A stretch of 56,216 bases of DNA, filler included, from Jimgerdemannia flammicorona (lineage: Eukaryota), in NCBI GenBank assembly GCA_003990765.1. It is 3 parts of 3 records of this genome, joined end to end, with 100 filler letters (N's around TTAATTAATTAA, not from the genome) between each part and the next. Parts side by side here need not be neighbours in the genome. Positions count along the whole stretch, not along the records: positions 37,545 to 56,216 come from RBNJ01002142.1; 2 more parts are not named here. One strand, 5' to 3'. Below the pieces are notes generated by a model. It was not told where the DNA came from and did not search any database. It saw nothing but the letters and a program-made list of their open reading frames with translations. A program made the position numbers and the translations under genes. The first letter of the stretch is position 1. The number at the start of each line of letters is the position of its first letter. Below are positions 47,017 through 56,216 of the stretch, in pieces.

Positions 47017-50000
47017 ATGGAAATGCATCCCCCCACATTCTATGGATATACTACTGAAGAGTCAATCCTGACCTTCATTGAAGACTTTGAACAATTCGCT
47101 GCCATATGAGCCCTTAGTGTGGATGCACAATTGGCCCTCCTACCAGTCAGCCTCAGAGGACCTGCCAGAGATAAGTTCAATGCAACCACTATTGCTGATG
47201 CTGGTGCAGCCAAACTTGCCAACATGAAGGCCTTCCTCAGGACAACATATTATACTGAAGAGATAAGTAAGCTCTCAAGGATCAACTCAATACTATCTGC
47301 CAGGGACTTAGTGAAGATCCCAACTCATTCTATACTCAAATCTGCCACCAGATTGTCTTGGCTGGCTATGATGACTGCCTCAAGGAACAAATAGCGGATT
47401 CAACCTTCCTCAAAGGAGTTTACCCTGAAATTGCCCTAGCAATCTGGTCTACCCCAGCTGCACTGACTCTTGATCAGAAAGTGGTCTTTGTACAGAGATA
47501 TTAGACTGCCAGACACCCTGCCGAACACTCAATAGAGAAAATAACTGGCATCAAGATGGAGCCATCAAAGCCAACTAGTATCATACCTACCATAGTTGTA
47601 AACAGACAATCAACCCCACATACCCCCAAGACAGCCAAAGCTGACCCAGTGGAGGAACTTGCCAAGCAGTTCATCGAGATGACTGTACACCTTGGTGATG
47701 TTGTTAGAGAAGTCTGAAGTGCCAACAGGAGACCAGTGCAGAGATTTGCAGCTGCTACAGAAGAATGCAATATCACATACTTCAGATGTGGAGAAGAAGG
47801 CCACTATGCAAAGAGTTGTATGACTGAAACAAGATGCAAAGCCCAACCAAACAATGCTAGCAGAACCAGAGAACAAACCAATGCAGTAGTCATTGAGGAG
47901 ATTGGTGACACTAATGATGAAGAATACTATGAGGAGCTTGAATTCTACCCTGCTACTGAAGGTACCAGAACCTGGTCCAAGCCCTATGACAAGAAGAGCA
48001 ATAGCAAGCCAGTTAGAAGACCAAAGAAGACCCCAGCTGTCACCATTCAAAGCAAGACTCAACCTGAGGAGATAGATGAAGCTATCTGCCAAATTATAGA
48101 AGGCACTACTCCAGTCTCAGGAGAAAGCAAAAGCAAGAAGGAACAGAAGCTGTGCAAGACCAAGATCCACCAGTATGATATCTACAAGGACCTCAAGGAA
48201 CAGAAGGTCAATGCTACTTTTGGACAGCTAGCCAAAGTCTCTGCCTTCAGACAGCAGTTGAGAGTAGGACTTGCAACTACCACCAAGAATCAAGAGTACA
48301 AGATTGTAGAAGCTTACAATGTACAAGAAGAATCCGAAAACTCAGATGAAGAATCTGAAGATCAGCACAAGACATCAGCCTATACCCCATGTCAGATCAA
48401 AGACTGTAGCTTTGATGCCATCATTGATACTGGTGCTGGAGGATGCCTCATGAGCAAGAAGGCAATTGACCGCTTAGGCTGGGACATTGAAGAGTCCACC
48501 AAGATGGTCTATGTTACAGCAGATGGTACATGAGCTATCCCCCTTGGCAAAATCTGAGAAATCCCCATCAAGATAAGAGGAGCTACCATCCCAGTAGACG
48601 TGATTGTTATAAGTACCACCAACTATGACATTCTTATTAGCAATCAATGGCTTCACAAGGCCAAGGCCATCATTGACCTCAATACCCAGAAGATACAGAT
48701 CAACTATAGAGGAAGAAAGGTACAAGTCTCTATCAATGTCCACAAGGAGTTCTACCAGACATGGAGGAAGGAGATGAAGAGGACACAGAAGTCTTCATGC
48801 ACTCAGTGAACAAGAATAAGAACAAGACACCCAAGCTCACAGATGAGCAGTGGTACAACAAGATCATTGATGGCTATGCCCCTCAAGGAAGATGCCCCCA
48901 TGGTACTAGGATGTACTACTCTGAATACCTGAATGACTGCTGGTCCTGTATCAGTGAAGTCAGGAAAATCCACCAACAGAAACATGAGTAAGAAGCTGCT
49001 GAAGCAAAAAGGAAAGCTGAAGAAGATGACCAGCCCCCAGAGCTTCAAGCTGACAGTGATGATGAGGAGGAACAAGAACCAGATATCACCCTCAAGGTTA
49101 AGAAGTTCTACCCCAAAGCCAAGATCCCAGAATACAAGACTGAAGGAGCCATAGGAATGGACCTTGCCAGTATTCAAGATGCTACCCTCAAACCACAGAC
49201 CACTACCCTACTTGGCACTGGAATTGGAGTCAAGCTGCCAGAGAACCATGCCGGAATTATCAAGACCAGAAGCAGTCTGGCCAAAAGTGAAATCTCAGTT
49301 GAAGGAGGAGTAATTGACCCTGATTACACTGGCGAGATCTTCTTTATAGTCAGGAATCACAACCCCATCACCCCATTCGAAGTCAAGAAGCATGACAGGA
49401 TTGGCCAGATGCTGATCCACGAAATCAAGAAACCCAAGATCATTGAAGTCATTGAACTCATCAAGACCAAGAGAGGAGAACAAGGCTTTGGATCTACTGG
49501 AAGAGGAGCCTATGCTACCACCAAGATTACCAAACTTGAGCACAAGAAAGATAAGGACCAGAACAAGCACACATATACTATTGGAGAAAATTTTCCCCTG
49601 AAAGAACAACTTCTCAAGATCCTGCACCAGAATGAAGGAGTACTTGCTACAGACTTCAGAGATATCCACAATCAAGAACCCAAGTACTACCATAAAGTTG
49701 ATACTGGTGATACCAAGCCCATCTACCAGAAAGCCAGACCCATACCACCTGCCTATAGAGAATGGCTGCAAGCAGAACTCAAGGAAATGGAAGAAGCCAG
49801 AATCATCAAGTAAGCTATCAGTCCCTGGGTTTCACCCATTGTCCTCACCCCAAAGAAAGGAAGCAAGCCTGGAGAGTTTGCACCAAGACTCTGCATTGAC
49901 TATAGGAAGCTCAATGCCATTACCAAGAAGGATAGGCAGCCCTTGCCAAATATTCAAGAAATCCTTACCACCCTTGGAAGTGAAGCCAAATACTACACCA

Positions 50001-51022
50001 CCTTGGATCTGTTCTCAGGCTTCCATCAGATTGGTCTCACACAAGATGCCAGTGAGAAATAAGCCTTCATCACACCTGATGCCACCTATATCTACCTGCG
50101 AATGCCATTTGGAATGTGCAATGCCCCAGCAAGTTTTCAGTAAATGATGAACAGAGTCTTCAGCAATGAGATTGGAAAATGGCTCTTTGTCTATGTTGAT
50201 AATATGATCATCTTCAGCAATACTGCACAGGAACATGTCAATCATATACAGCTAGCCCTCAAGAAGCTCAAGGAGCATGGTCTCTACATTAAGCCCAAGA
50301 AATGCAAGTTTGCAGCTCAGGAAATCACCTACCTAGGACACCTCATCAACCAGACCAGAATCCACACAGACCCTATGAAGATTGAGGCTGTTGCAGCCTA
50401 CCCAAGACCCAGAACAACCACAGAAGTCCATACCTTCCTTGGACTGGCCAGCTACTACAGAAGATTCATCAAAGGATACTCCAACATTGCAGCACCTATC
50501 TATGAGCTACTGAAGAAGGAAACCAAATTCGAATGGACCAAGGAGCACCAAGAAACCTTCAATGAACTCAAGACCAGGTTGACCCAAGCACCTATCCTCA
50601 GAAGACCAGATTGGAATCTAGAATTCATCTTGCAGACAGATGCAAGTATCATAGGACTTAGAGCAGTCCTAGCTCAGAAGAAAGATGAACATGAATATGT
50701 CATCTCCTATACAAGCCAAGGTACCTATGGAGCAAAACAGAATTACAAGTCATGTAAGCTTGAATGCTTAGCAGTAGTCTAGGCAGTAGACAAGTTCCAC
50801 TACTATCTAGCTGGGAAACACTTCACCATTCAAACAGACCATTCTGCTCTTGCCTGGCTATTCTACACTCTGAACCCCAAAGGAATATATGCCAGATGGA
50901 TCTACAGGCTACAAGAGTATGACTGTACTATCAAGTACTGCTCAGAAAGAACCAACACCAATGCTGATGCACTCTCAAGAACACCCTGAAACACCCCCAC
51001 CAAAACTATTCAACATGAATAA
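47017..51022 (+). pseudogene. Gypsy-C gag-PR-dUTPase-RT-RNase H, disrupted
   Basis: Fragments 47736-48533 (knuckle, IIDTGA), 49157-49813 (dUTPase motifs) and 50144-50782 (RT/RH); colinear with family B. Confidence 0.92.
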
Positions 51023-52200
51023 GGAGCTATACTATGGATTAATCAGCTACCTTGGGCAGCAGAAGATGCCCAACCACCTTGAACCCTGGACAATCACCAT
51101 CATCAACCAGACTTGGAAACAGTTTGAACTAGACAACACTATACTCAGAAAAGGAGGAAAGCTAGTAATATCTGAATACAAGAAGTATCAAGTAATGAAG
51201 GAAGTACATGAGCAAGGACACCTAGGAGGAACCAACATATATGACAAGGCAAGAAGAACCATGTGGTGGCCCAAGATAGAAGAAGACCTGCGCCAATTTG
51301 TTAAAGGGTGTGACAAGTGCCAAAAACAGAAACAAGATCAGCAAGACCAGGCACCTGGGTCATCAAGAATTGAGCCTATCCCCTTCAATAGATATCATTG
51401 GGCCACTACCAGTAACACTATCAGGAAACCACTATATTATAGTTATTATAGACCTGTTTACAAAATAGATAGAGGTAGGAGTATTACAAGAAGCCAATGC
51501 CCTCTCTATAGCCGACTTCCTGTACCAAGAAATCATCTGCCGCTACAAGACACTGAAGCAAATCACAACAGACTGTGGTACAGAATTTGTCAATGGATTC
51601 CATGAGATAATATACCAGAAATACAAGATCTAGCACATCAAGACCACTGCATACCACCCTCAAGGAAATGGACAGACAGAGAGAACCAACAAGACCCTCA
51701 AGAACATCCTGGCGAAGATCTCAGAGACATATGAGAATTGGGATAATTATCTCCCAACTGCCCTCTCTATCCTATGAGACATATGGTCACAGAGCACACA
51801 CTTTACCCCAAGGGAACTGCTCTTTGGAGAAGAAGATTCTGATGGAACCTCAGCTACAAATCTAGACCTAACTTGGAGATGGGTTGATGCAGAAATCCAG
51901 AGACTACACCAAATCAGGAAGAAGGCTGAAGATTATATCATCAAGTCACAAGCACTGACAAGGAAGAATGCAGAAAAGAATCACAAGACCCTAGAACCCA
52001 TTCGAATTGGAGAAAAGGTTCTACTGTATCAAAATATGGTAGAAGCCTCATGGTCATGAAAACTGGAGCCCAAATGGGAAGGACCCTTCTACATGCAAGA
52101 TATCAAGAGAACTACCTTCTGGCTTAGAAAAATCTCAGGAACTATACTGCCCACTATGGTGTACAGGAACAGACTCAAGAAGTACCACAAACCTATATAA
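51015..52200 (+). pseudogene. Gypsy-C integrase (separate frame), disrupted
   Basis: MNKELYYG, HEQGH...CDKC, KLEPKWEGPF; a small deletion near 51385 shifts the frame. Confidence 0.88.
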
Positions 52201-52554
52201 GAGAAGTAAAACGTGATGACTGCCCATGAGATTCTAGTCTGCAAATCATAACAGCATGTCTTGTGACCAGCAGGCTATCTGTCTGGACCATTCTTTAAGA
52301 GATATGGCACTGACAACTACTCATCCATGAGACTTTCGAAGTCAGAGGAGTTTGAACCATCAACTGATTAGTCAAGATCAGAATCAGGCCCTTGCTCTAT
52401 ATGAAGGGAGTAACCCTTCACCATCACACCAAAATACAAAGAGAAGATGCCATCCCATAAACATCACTTTTCAACCCCTTGCCAGAGGTTATGGGATCAG
52501 AAAATTTTTCAGGACTGGACTAATGAATAAGGACACTCAAGGAGATCCTTATTC

Positions 52555-52564
52555 AGGAGGAAGA
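52555..52564 (+). promoter_or_regulatory. Polypurine tract
   Basis: aggaggaaga directly before the 3' LTR TG. Confidence 0.7.
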
Positions 52565-54336
52565 TGTAATAGTGACTCCAGAATGATGACATCAGCACAG
52601 GAGACAGCCTTTCCTTGCAAGCCACCAGATCAGAGTACAAGAAGATTATACAGTATATGAGATGAGCAGTGATGACCAACTGTGAGTCATTGTGACCATG
52701 GTATGGTATCTGGAGGAATATAAAAGAAGGATCAAGGAACCACAGTAGTAGTAACCAATAAGACCCACCAATCCCAAAATAGCTCAAAGACTTACCACAA
52801 ATGAAATGCCTGCTGCCCACCAAACCTCAAGGTCAAGAAATCACCAAGGCATCTCAGTCAAGGAAAGAATGTTCCAAGACATCAGAAGAGCCATGAGGAC
52901 CTGCTCAACAAGGACTCCTAGTGTCAACCTGGGTACTGCAGATTCCTATCACTTTATCCTCTACTGCTGTGAAATGGAAACAAGGATCACCATTGCTACT
53001 GAATGTCTCCAAATGTAGCAGAAGGACAAAATAGGAAACCTCCTCTGCCAGAAGTTCCCACAGGCCAGCACTCAAGAGCTATAAGATGTCACTCCTATGG
53101 ACATACACAAAATGAGGACAGCTAAGAAGATCCATCAGATCTTCAGGCATGCACCATGGTCGATCCCCAACTTGGAGTATGTTAGAGTCTCAGATTTCAG
53201 AGACCTATCACCCCACCATATCAATGTACTAGAAACCAGAGTGGCTACAGAAGCCCATTCCACTATCACCCTCAATAGTGAAGAAGTAGAAGACTTCTGG
53301 CATCCCATCCTTCAGGACAACCCAGACCAATTCCTGCAAGGATTGATCTCAGTATTCCAAGGCCCAAGTATCCAGGTTAGACCTCCCCAAGACCCCACAT
53401 TTGTTCTCTATTTTGTGGAAGAGAACCTCATAGACTGGAGAGCTCCAGATCTCCTTGCTCCTGATTTTCCCGCCGCCAAACATGATGATGTCATCAGCGA
53501 TGATGTCATCCTGCGCAACATCGAAGCATGTGAAAATGATGAATTTGTGGATCTCATCTCCTTCAGTAATGATGATGATGATGATGAAGCCCCCATGATC
53601 CTGAACATTCTGCTCTAAGTCCCATGTTACACTGAAGAATGCCAGTACTGGCATTTGATGTAACACTGAAGAATGCCAGCACTGGCATTTGATGTAATAC
53701 TGAATAATGCCAGCACTGGCATTCTGAGGTAACACTGAATTATACCAGTATCCTGAACCTATACAACTACCAGTGCTGACCTTGGAACTTAGTAGTTTTC
53801 CTATCCTGGCATTTTATTTTAGTTATTGGAATTTATATTTAGCTTTATATCTTAGCAATCATTGAATTATATTTTGTATAAATACACCTCTTATTTCCTT
53901 TGAAATAAAGTCAGTTCTGGTTCACTTATACACTTCCTTGCAAGCAATCTAAGAGATAACAAGACAGTTTAAAGATGAGAAGTTTGAGGACTATAAGACC
54001 TTAGGAAGGCACTCCAATAAGAACTTGCTTATAACAAACTTGTAGTTAGTCTAAGAGATATACCTTGAAGAGAATCTGATGTATTTGAAGGACTCAATGC
54101 CCACTATATGACAATGTGTATAATATAGTCTCCTCAGTTCTGGTTCACTTATACACAATCCCTTACAAGCAATCTAAGAGATAACAAGACAGTTAAAGAT
54201 AAGAAGTTTGAGGACTATAAGATCTTAGGAAGGTACTCCACTAAGAACTTGCTTATAACAAACTTGAGTTAGTCTAAGAGATACACCTTGAAGAGAATCT
54301 GGCATATTTGAAGGACTCAGCAACTACTACATAACA
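52565..54336 (+). repeat. Gypsy-C 3' LTR (1772 bp)
   Basis: Colinear with the 5' LTR; ends ...ataaca. Confidence 0.93.
52806..53618 (+). pseudogene. LTR-encoded accessory ORF, 3' LTR copy with two nonsense transitions
   Basis: TGG-to-TAG at 53016 and CAA-to-TAA near 53082; otherwise colinear with 45362-46174. Confidence 0.85.
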
Positions 54337-54519
54337 ACCTATATATATTATATTTTCTCAGATACTGCTTGAATATCCTATTGATATATTCATATCTCTA
54401 TCTAAGTATATAGTATATAGTATATATTATGTTTCATTCTCTATAATTGCATTAAATTCATTGAATTTATCCAGGGCTTTGCTCTTTACTGATAATAAGT
54501 ATATATATATATTATATAT
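54337..54519 (-). pseudogene. Continuation of the copia integrase relic
   Basis: Minus strand reads YLLSVKSKALDKFNEFNAIIENET, the copia integrase segment that normally precedes the TPQQN motif. Confidence 0.65.
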
Positions 54520-56216
54520 TGTAACAGTGACCCCAGAATGATGACATCAGCACAGGAGACAGCCTTTCCTTGTAAGCCACTAGATCAAAGCACAAAAAAG
54601 ATCATACGATATATGAGATGAGCAATGATGACCAACTGTGAGTCATTGTGACCACAGCACAAGCACCCTGAAGAATATAAAAGAAGGATCAAAGAACCGC
54701 AGTAGCAGCAACTAACAAGAACCACCAATCCCAAAATAGCTCAAAGACTTACCACAAATGAAATGCCTGCTGCCTGCCAAACCTCAAGGTCAAGGAACCA
54801 CCAAGGTATCTCAGTTGAGGAAAGGATGTTCCAAGACATCAGAAGAGCCATGGGGACCCGCTCAAGAAGGACTCCTAGTGTCAACCTGGGAACTGCAGAC
54901 CCCTATCACTTCATCCTCTACCGCTGTGAAATGGAAACAAGGATCACCATTGCCACTGAATGCCTCCAAATGTGGCAGGAGTACGAAATAGGAAACCTCC
55001 TCTGCCGGGAGTTCCCAGAAGCCAGCACCCAAGAGCTACAAGATGCCACCCCCATGGACCTACGTGAAACAAGGACAGCTAAGAAGATCCATCAGATCTT
55101 CAGGCATGCACCATGGTCGATCCCCAACTTGGAGTATGTTAGAGTCTCAGACTTTAGAGACCTGTCATCCCGCCGTATCAATGCACTAGAAGCCAGGGTA
55201 GCTACAGAAGCCCAGTCCACCATCACCCTCAATAGCGAAGAAGTAGAAGACTTCTGGCACTCCATCCTTCAGGACAACCCAGACCAATTCCTGCAAGGAT
55301 TGATCTCAGTATTCCAAGGCCCAAGCATCCGGGTTAGATCTCTCCAAGACCCCACATTTGTTCCCTATTTTGTGGAAGAGAACCTCATAGACTGGAGAGC
55401 TCCAGATCTCCTTGTTCCCGATTTTCCCACCACTGCCGAACGTGATGACGTCATCGGCGATGACGTCATCCTGCGCGACATCGAAGCACGCGAAAATGAT
55501 AAAGTACATGAGATACGTGGCCTGCATGATGAATTCACGGATCTCATCTCCTTCAGTGATGATGATGATGATGAGGATGAAGCCCCCATGATCCTGAACT
55601 TTTTGCTCTAAGTTCTTTGTTACACTGGATAATGCCAGCACCGGTATTCTCATGTAACACTGGATAATGCCAGCACCGGTATTCTGAGGTGACGCGAAAT
55701 TGTTCCAGCACTGGTATTTTGATGTAACACTAAATAATACCAGCCTTGGAACTTAGTAGTTTTAGTTATTGGAATTTATATTTAGCTTTATATCTTAGCA
55801 ACCATTGAATTATATTTTGTATAAATACCCCTCTTATTTCCTCTGAAATAAAGTCAGTCTACTCAGTGCAATATACACACTTCCTTGCAAGCAATCTAAG
55901 AGATAACAAGACAGTTTAAAGATAAGAATTTTGAGGACTATAAGACCTTGGGAAGGCACTCCAATAGGAACTTGCTTATAACAAACTTGTAGTTAGTCTA
56001 AGAGATATACCTTGAAGAGAATCTGATGTATTTGAAGGACTCAATGCCCACTTTATGACAATGTATATAATATAGTCTTCTCAGTGCAGTACACACACTT
56101 CCTTGCAAGCAATCTAAGAGATAACAAGACAGTTAAAGATAAGAAGTTTGAGGACTATAAGACCTTGGGAAGGCACTCCAATAAGAACTTGCTTATAACA
56201 ACTTGAGTTAGTCTAA
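54520..56216 (+). repeat. Third family-C LTR (younger variant), runs off the window end
   Basis: Starts tgtaacagtgaccccag; colinear with 45121-46840; more CpGs retained. Confidence 0.92.
54763..55611 (+). CDS. LTR-encoded accessory protein, 282 aa (least mutated copy)
   Basis: Intact frame; extra residues relative to the 270-aa copy are in frame. Confidence 0.82.
   Translation: MPAACQTSRSRNHQGISVEERMFQDIRRAMGTRSRRTPSVNLGTADPYHFILYRCEMETRITIATECLQMWQEYEIGNLLCREFPEASTQELQDATPMDLRETRTAKKIHQIFRHAPWSIPNLEYVRVSDFRDLSSRRINALEARVATEAQSTITLNSEEVEDFWHSILQDNPDQFLQGLISVFQGPSIRVRSLQDPTFVPYFVEENLIDWRAPDLLVPDFPTTAERDDVIGDDVILRDIEARENDKVHEIRGLHDEFTDLISFSDDDDDEDEAPMILNFLL

Larger units (their letters stand above)
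45121..54336 (+). mobile_element. Full-length Ty3/Gypsy family C with long ORF-bearing LTRs
   Basis: Two ~1.77-kb TG...CA LTRs, PBS, PPT, and gag-PR-dUTPase-RT-RH plus IN closely similar to family B; scattered nonsense transitions. Confidence 0.95.

Noticed and set aside
45116..54341. Target-site duplication for Gypsy-C
   Set aside because: Flanks are tacat and accta; at best acat/acct with a mismatch, so not called.

Overview
Gene-free eukaryotic (most likely fungal; inference from element types and C-to-T mutation pattern) transposon cluster. It comprises three contigs joined by two artificial 100-bp linkers (N-TTAATTAATTAA-N). Contents: (1) a decayed Ty3/Gypsy element 'A' (1071-16177) whose 5' LTR is split by a small TIR element, itself split by a Ngaro-type tyrosine-recombinase retrotransposon with split direct repeats; (2) five G-rich L1/Tx1-like LINE copies; (3) a near-intact Gypsy 'B' (minus strand) plus a relic of the same family; (4) a heavily mutated Ty1/copia relic; (5) Gypsy 'C' with ~1.77-kb LTRs and a third such LTR at the window end. 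All three Gypsy families carry a dUTPase between protease and RT. The main novelty is an uncharacterised accessory protein family (motif QEY-x(1-2)-[IL]G-x-LL...A-[KN]-[KR]-[IVL]). It sits just after integrase in families A and B (not shown by the ORF track) but inside the U3 region of the family C LTR, with its own TATA box and downstream palindromic repeats. Families B and C also encode integrase as a separate +1-frame ORF whose ATG overlaps the end of the RNase H frame.
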